From Natronoarchaeum mannanilyticum (GTDB lineage: Archaea; Halobacteriota; Halobacteria; Halobacteriales; Natronoarchaeaceae): a stretch of 64,000 nucleotides of DNA. Under the pieces are notes generated by a model. That model had not been told where the DNA came from. It saw only the letters and a program-made list of their open reading frames with translations, and made no database searches. The stretch lies in NCBI RefSeq assembly GCF_039522665.1, contig NZ_BAAADV010000001.1, positions 1,437,792 through 1,501,791 of the forward strand. The letters are read 5' to 3'. The translations under genes were made by a program, and so were the position numbers. Shown piece after piece: positions 26,314 to 35,907 of the stretch. Positions within the stretch are counted from its first letter, which is position 1, and every line of letters starts with the position of its first letter.

Positions 26314-28983
26314 ATGAGTATGGAGAGCTACGACCACGCCGCCGTCGAGGCCCGCTGGCAGGAGGCGTGGGACGACGCGGACGTGCATCGGACGCCCGAC
26401 GACGTCGAGGACCCGACGTACGTCCTCGGGATGTACCCCTACCCCTCCGGAAAGCTCCACATGGGCCACGTCCGGAACTACACGATCACGGACGCCTACG
26501 CCCGCTATCGGCGGCTGCGCGGCGACGACGTGCTCCACCCGATGGGGTGGGACTCCTTCGGACTGCCCGCCGAGAACGCCGCCAAGGAGCGCGACACGAA
26601 CCCGCGGGACTGGACGTTCGACTGCATCGACACCATGAAAGGCCAGATGGAGTCGATGGGCTTCGGGTACGACTGGGACCGCGAGATCACCACCTGCACG
26701 CCCGAGTACTACCGATGGAACCAGTGGCTGTTCCGACGGTTCGTCGAGGAGGACCTCGCCGAGCGCCGGGACGCCGAGGTCAACTGGTGTCCCCACTGCG
26801 AGACCGTCCTCGCGGACGAGCAGGTCGAAGGCGAAGAGGAGCTGTGCTGGCGCTGCGACAACCCGGTCGAGCAGCGCGAACTCGAACAGTGGTTCCTGCA
26901 AATCACCGACTACGCCGACGAGCTGCTGGAGGACATCGACGAGCTGGAGGGCTGGCCCGACTCGGTCCGCCAGATGCAGCGCAACTGGATCGGCCGCCAG
27001 CACGGCACGCATCTCCCCTTCGACGTCGACGCCGCCGACGGGAGCGCCGAGTACGGCACGGTCACCGCCTTCACGACGCGCGCCGACACGATCCACGGCG
27101 CGACGTTCTTCGCGCTGGCGCCGGACCACCCGATTGCCGAGGAGCTGGCCGAGACTGACGACGCGGTTCGCGAGTTCGTCGAACACGAGGCCGACCCCGA
27201 CGGCGACGAGCCCAACGGCGTCGAGACCGATCTGGTCGCCACCAACCCCGTCAACGGCGACGAACTGCCCGTCTACGTCGCCGACTTCGTGCTCTCCGAC
27301 GTCGGCACCGGCGCGCTGATGGCCGTGCCCGCCCACGACGAGCGCGACCACGCGTTCGCAGAGAAGAAGGGCATCGACGTCCGGCCCGTGATCGCACCCG
27401 AACCCGAGGAGGGCGAGGATCCCGAGGCACCCGACGTCTCGGAGGAAGCGTTCACCGAGGACGGCGTGCTGGTCAACTCCGGCGAGTACTCCGGGCTGGA
27501 CAGCGAGGAAGCTCGCGAGCGCATTACCCAAGACACCGAGGGCGCCGAGGAGGCCACCCAGTACCGCCTGCGCGACTGGGGCATCTCCCGGCAACGCTAC
27601 TGGGGGACGCCGATCCCGGTCGTCCACTGCGACGACTGCGGCCCGGTGCTGGTGCCCGAGGAGGACCTGCCGGTCGAGCTGCCCGAGTTCGTCAACACCA
27701 CCGGGAATCCGCTGGACGCCGCCGACGAGTGGAAGCAGACCACGTGTCCCGACTGCGGCGGCGACGCCACGCGCGAGACCGACACGATGGACACGTTCTT
27801 CGACTCCTCGTGGTACTTCCTGCGGTACGTCTCTCCGGACCTGTCGGACGCTCCCTTCGACCTGGAGCGGGCCAACGACTGGATGCCCGTCGACCAGTAC
27901 GTCGGCGGCATCGAGCACGCCGTGATGCACCTGCTGTACTCCCGGTTCTTCACGAAGGTGCTGGCCGACGAGGAGAGCCTGGAGCACCGCGAGCCCTTCA
28001 CGAATCTGCTCGCCCAGGGGATGGTCCAGCTGGAGGGCGAGAAGATGTCCAAGTCCAAGGGCAACGTCGTCTCGCCCCAGCGCATCGTCGAGGAGTACGG
28101 CGCCGACACCGCGCGCCTGTTCATGATGCAGGCCGCCCGCCCCGAGCGGGACTTCGACTGGAAGGAGGAGGGCGTCCGCTCGACCCACCAGTTCCTGAAC
28201 CGGCTGAAGGACGTGGTCGAAAGCTTCGACGCCGACGACGCGGCGTCGGGCGACCGCGACCCGATCGACCGCTACGTCGCCGACGAGATCGACGCCGCCG
28301 TCGCCGTGGCGACCGACGAGTACGACTCGCTGACGTTCAACGAGGCGCTCCGCGAGGCCCAGTCGCTGGTTCGGACGCTCCGGCAGTACGATGAGCACGC
28401 CGACGTCCACGCCGAGACGTTCGAGCGCGGGCTGGACGTCGCGGTCCGCCTGCTGGCGCCGGTGACGCCCCACCTCGGCGAGGAGCTGTGGCAGGAGCTG
28501 GGCAACGACGGCTTCGTCGCCGAGGCCGAGTGGCCCGACGCCGACGTCGACCGCGAGACCGTTGAGCAGCGTCGCAACCTCGTCGAGAACACCCGCGAGG
28601 ACGTCCGCCAGATCGTCGACGTCGCCGGGATCGAGGACCCCGAGCGGATCGACGTCGTCGTGACGCCCGAGTGGAAGTACGACGCCCTGGAAATCGCCGT
28701 CGAATCGGACGCCGACAACCTGATCTCCGAGCTGATGCAGAACGGCGAGATCCGCGAACAGGGCGACGCCGCCGCGAGCTACGGGCAGGACCTGCAGGAA
28801 GAACGAGAGGCGCTCTCGAAGACGCTCGCGCCCGACGCCGAGTACGAGGCGCTGGAAGCCGCCGCGTGGCTGATCGAGCGCGAGTTCGACGCGCCGGTCC
28901 GCGTGGTTCGCGCCGCGGACGCCGACGACGACGTGGTCAGCAAAGCCGAACCCGGCCGGCCTGCGATCGACATCGTGGAGTAG
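26314..28983 (+). CDS. leuS: Leucyl-tRNA synthetase.
   Basis: Class I motifs HMGH and KMSKS, CP1 editing domain and archaeal LeuRS C-terminus. Start at MSMESY (26314). Confidence 0.95.
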   Translation: MSMESYDHAAVEARWQEAWDDADVHRTPDDVEDPTYVLGMYPYPSGKLHMGHVRNYTITDAYARYRRLRGDDVLHPMGWDSFGLPAENAAKERDTNPRDWTFDCIDTMKGQMESMGFGYDWDREITTCTPEYYRWNQWLFRRFVEEDLAERRDAEVNWCPHCETVLADEQVEGEEELCWRCDNPVEQRELEQWFLQITDYADELLEDIDELEGWPDSVRQMQRNWIGRQHGTHLPFDVDAADGSAEYGTVTAFTTRADTIHGATFFALAPDHPIAEELAETDDAVREFVEHEADPDGDEPNGVETDLVATNPVNGDELPVYVADFVLSDVGTGALMAVPAHDERDHAFAEKKGIDVRPVIAPEPEEGEDPEAPDVSEEAFTEDGVLVNSGEYSGLDSEEARERITQDTEGAEEATQYRLRDWGISRQRYWGTPIPVVHCDDCGPVLVPEEDLPVELPEFVNTTGNPLDAADEWKQTTCPDCGGDATRETDTMDTFFDSSWYFLRYVSPDLSDAPFDLERANDWMPVDQYVGGIEHAVMHLLYSRFFTKVLADEESLEHREPFTNLLAQGMVQLEGEKMSKSKGNVVSPQRIVEEYGADTARLFMMQAARPERDFDWKEEGVRSTHQFLNRLKDVVESFDADDAASGDRDPIDRYVADEIDAAVAVATDEYDSLTFNEALREAQSLVRTLRQYDEHADVHAETFERGLDVAVRLLAPVTPHLGEELWQELGNDGFVAEAEWPDADVDRETVEQRRNLVENTREDVRQIVDVAGIEDPERIDVVVTPEWKYDALEIAVESDADNLISELMQNGEIREQGDAAASYGQDLQEEREALSKTLAPDAEYEALEAAAWLIEREFDAPVRVVRAADADDDVVSKAEPGRPAIDIVE

Positions 28984-29062
28984 GGATTTCTGCGTCGAGC
29001 GTTTGTGGGCGAGCAAACTCCTCTCCACAAAGTATATTATCGGGAGTACAGACGCGAATAAT

Positions 29063-29650
29063 ATGCCCTCCCGCTTCTCCCGCCGTTCGATCGTCGGCAG
29101 CCTCGGCGCCGTCGCGGCCGCGGGGTGTCTCGGATCCGCCCCCGGCGAACCCAGTTCCGGCCCGGACGGGAACCGGACCGAAGCCGACCCCCGAGAGTCC
29201 GACGACGTTCCCGCAAGATGCGACGTCGCACCCCGGTCAGAGCAGGGACGCGGCGATCCGATCGAAACGACAGTCGAGACCGTCCGTCCCGACGATGTCG
29301 AAGCGGAGTGTGGCTACTGGGCGTCCGACGCCGCGTTCCGGAAAACTGACGACCGCCTCGATCTCGAATTCGTCCCGGCGCCGAGCGCTATCGCCCCGTG
29401 GATCCGGTCCTCGTTCGTAGAACGCGCCGACGGCGACAGGGTCGAGATCGGGATCGTAGCCGAGAAAAGCAGCGAAGCGACCGGTGACGGGTCGTACAAC
29501 TACTGTCCGCCCCCCGAGTACGATTTCGACGAGTTCGTTCAGGCGGTCCCGAGTGAAGTAACTGTTACAGTACGATTCGACACCGACGACGGCGAGTACG
29601 AGTGCACGCACGATGTCTGGGTAGAACAGAGACAATCGCAGGTCGACTGA
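29063..29650 (+). CDS. Tat-signal lipoprotein, hypothetical.
   Basis: SRRSIVGSLGAVAAAGC lipobox. TATA-like gtatattat about 30 bp upstream. Confidence 0.6.
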   Translation: MPSRFSRRSIVGSLGAVAAAGCLGSAPGEPSSGPDGNRTEADPRESDDVPARCDVAPRSEQGRGDPIETTVETVRPDDVEAECGYWASDAAFRKTDDRLDLEFVPAPSAIAPWIRSSFVERADGDRVEIGIVAEKSSEATGDGSYNYCPPPEYDFDEFVQAVPSEVTVTVRFDTDDGEYECTHDVWVEQRQSQVD

Positions 29651-29665
29651 ACTTCGTTCCGTCGT

Positions 29666-31240
29666 TCAGTCCCCTTTCTCGCCGCCGTCCGGCGTCGGAT
29701 ACTCCCGGTGCTCCAACCCCTCGACCGCCGGCCCCGAGAGGATCTCGCCGTCGTAGTCGAACCGCGAGCCGTGACACGGGCAGTCCCAGGAGCGCTCGGC
29801 GTCGTTCCAGGTGACGAGACAGCCCATGTGCGGGCAGGTCGCGTCGACCGCGTGGACCGCACCGTCCTCGTCGCGGTAGACGCCGGTCGGCCGACCCTCT
29901 TTCCGGAGCACCTCGGCCTCGCCCGGGCGGGGCAGGTCGTCGCGGTCGTGCAGCAGCGTTCGGACGCGGTCGCCGACGAACCGGGCGCCGACGACGGCGT
30001 TCTCCGAGAAGAAGTTCTTCGCGGACGCTTTCGGCGTCACGCGCTTCGGGTCGAACAGGTCGGCGTAGTGGCTTTGCCCCATCTCGATCAGGTCTGCGAT
30101 GAGCATCCCCGCGACGGTGCTGCCAGTCATCCCCCAGCCGTCGAACCCCGTCGCGACGTACACGTCGCCCGCGCCGGGGCCGATCTCGCCGATATAGGGC
30201 ATCCCGTCGACCGTCGAGTAGTCGTGGGTCGACCAGCGGTACGCGACCGACTCGACGTCGAACCGGCTGCGGGCGTACGCCTCGCAGCGCCGGTAGCGCT
30301 CGGACGTCGGCGGCCCGCCGAGGCTCGGCTCGTGGCTCTGGCCGCCGACGATCAGGTACTCCTCGCCGTCCGAGCGGTACGGTCGCATGGTGGCCGGCGG
30401 CGACGCCGCGCTGTAGTACATCCCCTCCGGCACTTCTCCGGCGATCTCGACGGCGAGCAGGTACGCCCGGTGCGGGTGGGTGCGCGCGAAGTAGCCCCCG
30501 CGGTCGTAGATCGGGAACTGCGTCGCGACGACGACGTCGTCGGCGACGACCGCGCCCCGCTCGGTCTCGACGCGGCTGGGCGCGCCGGCGTCCACGTCGG
30601 TCGCGCGCGTCTCCTCGAACACGTAGCTCCCGTCGCCGTGGATCGCCTCGACGACGCCCAGCAGGTACTTCCGCGGGTGGAACTCGGCCTGCTCGGAGAA
30701 CTCGACCGCCGCCTCGACGTCGAACGGCAGGTCGGTCTCCTGGACGAACGACGAGGGCAGGCCGGCCTGCGTGGCCGCCCGGTCCTCCTCGCGGATCTTG
30801 TCGACGTTCTCCTCGGACTCGGCGTAGACGTACGACGGCGTCCGCCGGAACTGGGCGTCGACGTCGTACGCCTCGACGATCCGCTCGACCTCGTCGATCG
30901 CCGCCTCGTTCGCCCGGCCGTACTGCTCGGCGGTGCGCCGGTCGAACGTCTCGGTCAGCTTGCTGTAGCGAAGCCCGTGCTGGGACGTCACCTTCGCCGT
31001 CGTGTGGCCGGTGGCGCCGGTGACGACCCGGTCGGCCTCGACGACCGCGACCGTCGAACCGCGCTCTTTCAACTCCAGGGCCGTCGTCAGCCCGGCGATC
31101 CCCCCGCCGACGACCGCGACGTCGACGTGCAGGCCGCCGTCGAGCGGCTCGTAGTCGGTCGTCGGCGTCGTCGCGAGCCACAGCGACTCGGGGTCGTCGG
31201 CTCGCCGCGTCGTGCCGGTCGGCGTTGTGTCCTCGGACAT
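29666..31240 (-). CDS. FAD-dependent oxidoreductase fused to a C-terminal Rieske [2Fe-2S] domain.
   Basis: N-terminal GGGIAG dinucleotide-binding motif (DAO family). C-terminal CPHMGC…CPCHGS Rieske ligands. Start at MSEDTT (31240); the upstream part of the track ORF is antisense to the neighbouring gene. Confidence 0.85.
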   Translation of the reverse strand: MSEDTTPTGTTRRADDPESLWLATTPTTDYEPLDGGLHVDVAVVGGGIAGLTTALELKERGSTVAVVEADRVVTGATGHTTAKVTSQHGLRYSKLTETFDRRTAEQYGRANEAAIDEVERIVEAYDVDAQFRRTPSYVYAESEENVDKIREEDRAATQAGLPSSFVQETDLPFDVEAAVEFSEQAEFHPRKYLLGVVEAIHGDGSYVFEETRATDVDAGAPSRVETERGAVVADDVVVATQFPIYDRGGYFARTHPHRAYLLAVEIAGEVPEGMYYSAASPPATMRPYRSDGEEYLIVGGQSHEPSLGGPPTSERYRRCEAYARSRFDVESVAYRWSTHDYSTVDGMPYIGEIGPGAGDVYVATGFDGWGMTGSTVAGMLIADLIEMGQSHYADLFDPKRVTPKASAKNFFSENAVVGARFVGDRVRTLLHDRDDLPRPGEAEVLRKEGRPTGVYRDEDGAVHAVDATCPHMGCLVTWNDAERSWDCPCHGSRFDYDGEILSGPAVEGLEHREYPTPDGGEKGD

Positions 31241-31372
31241 TGCTCCCCGTGTCCCAGCACCACGAACGCCGACGTAAAACCCGGCCGCGCGATGCCATCG
31301 AGCGGTCGGCGCTACCGAGAGTTGTTGCCGATTCCCTCTCCTTGAGTAGGTCGAGCTGCCCACGTCGAGCTC

Positions 31373-31870
31373 GTGGGCGAGTTCGCCGACGCCATTCAGG
31401 AGCGCCTCCGCGAGCGCCTCGCCGAGCGGCAGCTCTCGCTCGACTGGCGGACCGAGTACCGCGTCGGCCCGACGCCGGTCGACATCGCGGGCGTCGCCAG
31501 CGGCGCCGCTGCGGACTCGGCGACCCCGAAAACGCTTGCGCTGGTCGAACTGGAGTGGCGCCGCGCCGATCCGGCCGACAACTCCGCGAAACTGTTCCGA
31601 CACCTCGCGGACGGCGCGCTCGACGAGCACGACCGGATCGTCGTCTGTCAGGTCTTCACCGGGTACTACGACCTCGCGCGCGGCGGCGTCTCCTCGAAGC
31701 GAGAGAACGCCGAGTTCGTCGGCCGGGTCGCCGCCGAGGCGTTCGACCGGGTCGCGTACCACCCCGTAGACTTCGACCTCGACCCGCCCAAGCGCGGCGC
31801 CGAGTGGCCCGACGACTGGCGAGGCCGGGCGGACGACTGCGCCCGGCGGATCGATGACCTGCTCGATTGA
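31373..31870 (+). CDS. Conserved hypothetical protein (GTG start).
   Basis: Coding-type GC3 bias throughout; no recognisable domain. Confidence 0.5.
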   Translation: MGEFADAIQERLRERLAERQLSLDWRTEYRVGPTPVDIAGVASGAAADSATPKTLALVELEWRRADPADNSAKLFRHLADGALDEHDRIVVCQVFTGYYDLARGGVSSKRENAEFVGRVAAEAFDRVAYHPVDFDLDPPKRGAEWPDDWRGRADDCARRIDDLLD

Positions 31871-31886
31871 CGACGGCGCCCGCCGA

Positions 31887-32309
31887 TCACTCGATGTCGA
31901 TGTGGTGGCCGTCGTCGACGCCGTGGCGCTTGGGCAGCGTCACCGTCAGGACGCCGTTGTTGTACGACGCCGAGACCGAGTCCTCGTCGACGGCTTCCGG
32001 CAGCGGCACCGACCGGCTGACCCGCTGGTGGCGCCGCTCGCGCCGGATGTACTGTTCGTCTTCGTCTTCCATCTCCTCCTCGCGCTCGGCCTCGATCCGC
32101 ACGGTGTCGTCGGCCAGCGTCAGGTCGATGTCCTCGGTGTCGTAGCCCGGCAGGTCGGCGGTCACGACGAACTCGTCGCCCTGGTCGGCGACGTCGACCG
32201 ACGCCGACGATCCGCCGACTTGGACGTTTGCGCCGCCTTCGAACTGGCCGAGTTGCTGGTTCATCCGCTCTAGCATCCGTTCGAACTCGTCGAAGGGGTT
32301 CCCTGGCAT
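31887..32309 (-). CDS. hsp20: Hsp20/alpha-crystallin family small heat-shock protein.
   Basis: ACD domain with the C-terminal signature (SASYNNGVLTVTLPK). Confidence 0.9.
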   Translation of the reverse strand: MPGNPFDEFERMLERMNQQLGQFEGGANVQVGGSSASVDVADQGDEFVVTADLPGYDTEDIDLTLADDTVRIEAEREEEMEDEDEQYIRRERRHQRVSRSVPLPEAVDEDSVSASYNNGVLTVTLPKRHGVDDGHHIDIE

Positions 32310-32446
32310 CGTGGATCCGGGATCGGTTTCCCGCTAGAAAGTTCGACGCTATCGCTCATAAGTTCTGTCCTCGGAGCGGGGTCAGGAGATGGGTCGGCGC
32401 GGTCGCCGCGGCGTCCTCGGCGACTCGCAGAACAACTGGCGGCGTC

Positions 32447-33250
32447 CTACACGACGTGCTCCGAATCGTACGAGCCGAGCCGTCGGACCCAGCCGTCCTC
32501 GGCGATGTGCTCGATCTCCGCGAGCGCCTGGGCCGTGCGGTCCTCGTACAGCCCCGCCGCGACGTCGATGTGGAACACGTAGTCGCCGAGTCGCTCGCCG
32601 CTCGGGCGGGACTCGACGCGCGTGAGGTTGATGTCGCGATCCGCAAAGGGTTCCAGCAGGTCAAGCAGGAGGCCGGGGTAGTCGGCGTTCGGGTAGACGA
32701 CGAACGTCGACTTGCCGCCCGCCGGCGAGCGGTCCTCCAGTGGTGCGAGCACGAAGAAGCGCGTCGCGTTCGAGTTCTGGTCCTGGATATCCTCGGCGAG
32801 CACCTCCAGCCCATCTCCCCCGTTATCGGGGTGGCCGATCCCGGCGACCGAGGCGTCGTCGCGGGCCATCTGGACGCCGCGGGCCGTGCTGGCGACCGCC
32901 TCCAGGTCGGCGTCGGGGTACTCCGAGTCGAGGTAGCCCCGGCACTGCGCGAGCGCCTGCGAGTGGCTGGCGATCCGGTCGAACTCCTCGCCCTGGGCGA
33001 GCAGTGCGTGGCGGATCGGCGTCACGACCTCCTTGACGACCGCGACTTCATACTCCGCGAGAGCGTCGAGACTCTCGGTGACGCTGCCCTCGATGCTGTT
33101 CTCGATGGCGACGACGCCCCGGTCGTACTCGCCGTCGGCGACGGCGTCGACGATCGCCGTCACGGACTCGCGGAAGTCGACCGTATCGGAGATCGACCGG
33201 GCCGCGCGGTGGGAGTAAGTTCCCTCGGGGCCCAGCGTTACTACGTTCAT
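32447..33250 (-). CDS. pheA: Prephenate dehydratase.
   Basis: PDT domain (TRF…ESRP motif: TRVESRPS) plus a C-terminal ACT domain. Confidence 0.9.
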   Translation of the reverse strand: MNVVTLGPEGTYSHRAARSISDTVDFRESVTAIVDAVADGEYDRGVVAIENSIEGSVTESLDALAEYEVAVVKEVVTPIRHALLAQGEEFDRIASHSQALAQCRGYLDSEYPDADLEAVASTARGVQMARDDASVAGIGHPDNGGDGLEVLAEDIQDQNSNATRFFVLAPLEDRSPAGGKSTFVVYPNADYPGLLLDLLEPFADRDINLTRVESRPSGERLGDYVFHIDVAAGLYEDRTAQALAEIEHIAEDGWVRRLGSYDSEHVV

Positions 33251-33347
33251 TACCCGTCGCTACGCCGTTCCGGGTGAAAAGCGACGCGATTACGACAGGT
33301 TCGGTCGGCGGACGAGAGCGCGGGCACGGCGTCGACCGGAGACGCCG

Positions 33348-33527
33348 TCACTCCCGCCCCTCGATCCACCACGTGCACCTGCAGTCGGGATCGAGGCACT
33401 CGTAGAACTCCGCCAGCACGCGACCGTCGAGGTCCGTCTTCTCGCCGCCGTAAAGCGCCACCGTGCCGCACTCCGGACATCTCTCCTGCTGTTCCACCTC
33501 CCCCGCAGAAAGTTCGACGGTCTCCAT
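33348..33527 (-). CDS. Unlisted small Zn-finger protein (59 aa).
   Basis: METVELSAGEVEQQERCPECGTVALYGGEKTDLDGRVLAEFYECLDPDCRCTWWIEGRE: CPxCG-type ribbon with strong GC3 bias. Not in the track (under 60 aa) and overlapped by an artefactual 154-aa ORF. Confidence 0.55.
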   Translation of the reverse strand: METVELSAGEVEQQERCPECGTVALYGGEKTDLDGRVLAEFYECLDPDCRCTWWIEGRE

Positions 33528-33584
33528 GCAGGATTGTACGGCGCTCCGGCGTAAAACCGTACGTCCCAGATACTAGCACTGGAT

Positions 33585-33868
33585 CTACGTTCGCCGCCAC
33601 TGGACGCCGACGCCGATCGCCGCGACGAACGCGCCCACCGCCAGCAGTTCGACGACCGCCTCGACGCCGCCGCTCGTTCCCTTCGCGATCTGAAAGAAAC
33701 TCCACGCGAGCCACATCAGCGCCATCGCCGACTGCGCGAAGAACCCGGACCGAGAGATGCGCTCCTGACGATGCTGGTAGCCGACCCAGCCAAGCACGCC
33801 GACGACGCCAGCGCGAAGACGGTCCCGAGCGTGGCGTCCGGGACGCCGAACACGGCCACTACGAACAT
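33585..33868 (-). pseudogene. Small membrane protein gene interrupted by a frameshift (about 95 aa if repaired).
   Basis: ATG at 33868 opens MFVVAVFGVPDATLGTVFALASSAC…. After about 25 codons the hydrophobic protein continues in another frame (…LGWVGYQHRQERISRSGFF…MALMWLAWSFFQ…), which is the track ORF 33585-33797. Confidence 0.35.
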
Positions 33869-34057
33869 GGTACTATTCGTCTACCGTAATTTGATAAATA
33901 CTCACATCCGCGACCGAACGCATCGGTTCGTTGCGGCGTGCGTGCCAAATGTTTATTGTCGAACGGCGGTGATTGTCCCACAACCTATGTCTTTCAAGAT
34001 GACACGATATCCCCTGAAGCGGGTGCGGCGTCGGCATCCGGTACGAGGTGGTGAGCG

Positions 34058-35863
34058 ATGAACTGTCCGGACTGCGCGACGGACGTCGGCGAGAGCGCGC
34101 AGTACTGTCCGAACTGCGGGGCCCGGCTCGCCGAGCACTGTCCCGACTGCGGAGCCGACAATCCGGCCGCGGCGAACTTCTGTGCGGAGTGCGGTACCGA
34201 CCTCTCGGCGAGCGCGTCCGACGACGCCTCGGACGCCGACGCCGCGGCGGACGACGCGCCCGAGGACGTGTTCCGGCTGACGGGCGGGACGTTCGCGCGG
34301 CGCGTCTCCGGCGACGCGCTGGAAGCCGACGGGCTGTTGAGCCGTCTCAAGAACGAACAGCGGATCAAGATCGAAGCCGGCACCGAGGCGCTGGTGATCC
34401 GGGACGGCGAACTCGCCGAGACGCTGTCGGCCGGGGAGCACACTCTCGACGACATCACGCGCCAGGTCGCGGAGGCGCGGACGTCCCAGTCGCTGTCGGT
34501 CGTCCTCGTCCGGCGCGGCGACACGCCGCTGACGTTCGCGGTCTCGGACCTGCTCACCGCCGACGGCGTGCAGGTGTCGGCCGAACTGGAGCTGGTCGCG
34601 ACCGTCGACGACGAGGAATCGTTCTTCCGGAACCTCATGTCCGGCCGGGACGCCGTCACCCGCGAGACGTTCCGGTCGCTGCTGGGGCCGGCGATCCGGG
34701 ACGAGCTGGAGGCCCGCGTCAGCGAGTACGAGCGCTCCGAACTGTACGGTAACGACGGCCTCAAGCGGGATCTGGAAGCCGTCGTCACGGATCGCCTCTC
34801 GGACGTGCTCGGGCGCAACGGACTGGAGCTGCTGAGCGTCCGTTCGTTCGAGTACGACGACGGTCGCGAGGAGCTCCGCGAGGAACGCACCGAGCTCGCG
34901 AACCGCGAGGAGCGCGAGTCGCTGCGCGACGAGGCGGCCGACCTCGACAAGCAGGCTCGCGAACGCGAGACCGGCGACGAGATCCACGCCGCACGCCAGG
35001 AGGCCCGCCAGGAGCTCACCGAGAACGCGGCGTCCCACGAGGTCGAGAAACAGGAGGTCGAACACGACCACGAGATCGACGACGCCGAGCGCGAACACCG
35101 CCACGAGGCCGAGCGCGAGGACGTCGAGCACACCCAGGAGATCGAGACCCGGCGCACCGAGGGCGAGGTCGACCGGCGCGAGCTCGAACACGAGCAGGAC
35201 GTCTCCGAGATGGAGGACATGATCGAGCTCAAAGACGAGAAGGAGCGCCTCGACGTCGAGCGGGAGAAAGAGCGCCTCGACGCCCGCGACGACGTCGACG
35301 CCCAGACGCTCGCATCGCTGGAGGACGCCGACGACAGCGTGGCCGACATCGCCCGGATGGAGGCCGCCGAGGATCTCTCGGCCGAACAGCTCGACTCGCT
35401 GGGCGCCCGCGAGAGCGACGAGCTCGCGAAGGCCCGTCAGGAGGCAAACAGCGCCGAGGTCGAGCGCAAGCGCGTCGAGGACCAGAAGGAGTTCCGCGAC
35501 GACCTCAAGGACGTCGCCGGGGACGCGATGGACCGCACCCAGGAGACGACCGAATCCGCGATGGACAACATGGGCGAGACGGCGACCGAGGCCGCGCGCG
35601 ACGGCCCGGTGCCCGACGACGAGGACGACGAAGACGACGAGCGCTCGCGGGGTCGCGGCGGCGGGGACGCCGAACCGCAGGACGCTGACCGATCCGGGGC
35701 GTCGGACGGTGGCGGCGCGGACGCAGGCACGAGCGACGCGACCGAAACGGCCGACGCATCCGGCGCGACCGGCGCGGGGTCTCGCGAGTGTCCCGACTGT
35801 GGCGCGTCCGTCGCGGCGGACGACGGCTTCTGCACCGACTGCGGCGCGACCCTCGGTGAGTGA
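34058..35863 (+). CDS. Zn-ribbon / SPFH(band-7)-like / coiled-coil / Zn-ribbon protein.
   Basis: N-terminal double Zn ribbon (CPDC…CPNCG…CPDCG…CAECG). Central SPFH-like fold. Long E/R/D-rich coiled coil. Acidic disordered region. C-terminal CPDCG…CTDCG ribbon. Confidence 0.65.
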   Translation: MNCPDCATDVGESAQYCPNCGARLAEHCPDCGADNPAAANFCAECGTDLSASASDDASDADAAADDAPEDVFRLTGGTFARRVSGDALEADGLLSRLKNEQRIKIEAGTEALVIRDGELAETLSAGEHTLDDITRQVAEARTSQSLSVVLVRRGDTPLTFAVSDLLTADGVQVSAELELVATVDDEESFFRNLMSGRDAVTRETFRSLLGPAIRDELEARVSEYERSELYGNDGLKRDLEAVVTDRLSDVLGRNGLELLSVRSFEYDDGREELREERTELANREERESLRDEAADLDKQARERETGDEIHAARQEARQELTENAASHEVEKQEVEHDHEIDDAEREHRHEAEREDVEHTQEIETRRTEGEVDRRELEHEQDVSEMEDMIELKDEKERLDVEREKERLDARDDVDAQTLASLEDADDSVADIARMEAAEDLSAEQLDSLGARESDELAKARQEANSAEVERKRVEDQKEFRDDLKDVAGDAMDRTQETTESAMDNMGETATEAARDGPVPDDEDDEDDERSRGRGGGDAEPQDADRSGASDGGGADAGTSDATETADASGATGAGSRECPDCGASVAADDGFCTDCGATLGE

Positions 35864-35907
35864 CCGATGCACCGCCAGCGAGACGCCGATCGATCGGGAA
35901 CCGACCG

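Noticed and set aside
29565-31345. 577-aa minus and 545-aa plus Arg/Asp/Gly-rich ORFs overlapping the FAD-Rieske oxidoreductase.
   Set aside because: Alternative frames of a gene with unambiguous GGGIAG and Rieske CxH…CxxH motifs.
33250-33714. 154-aa minus-strand ORF (Arg/Gly-rich).
   Set aside because: It overlaps, in another frame, a compact CPxCG zinc-finger ORF (33348-33527) that has much better codon statistics.
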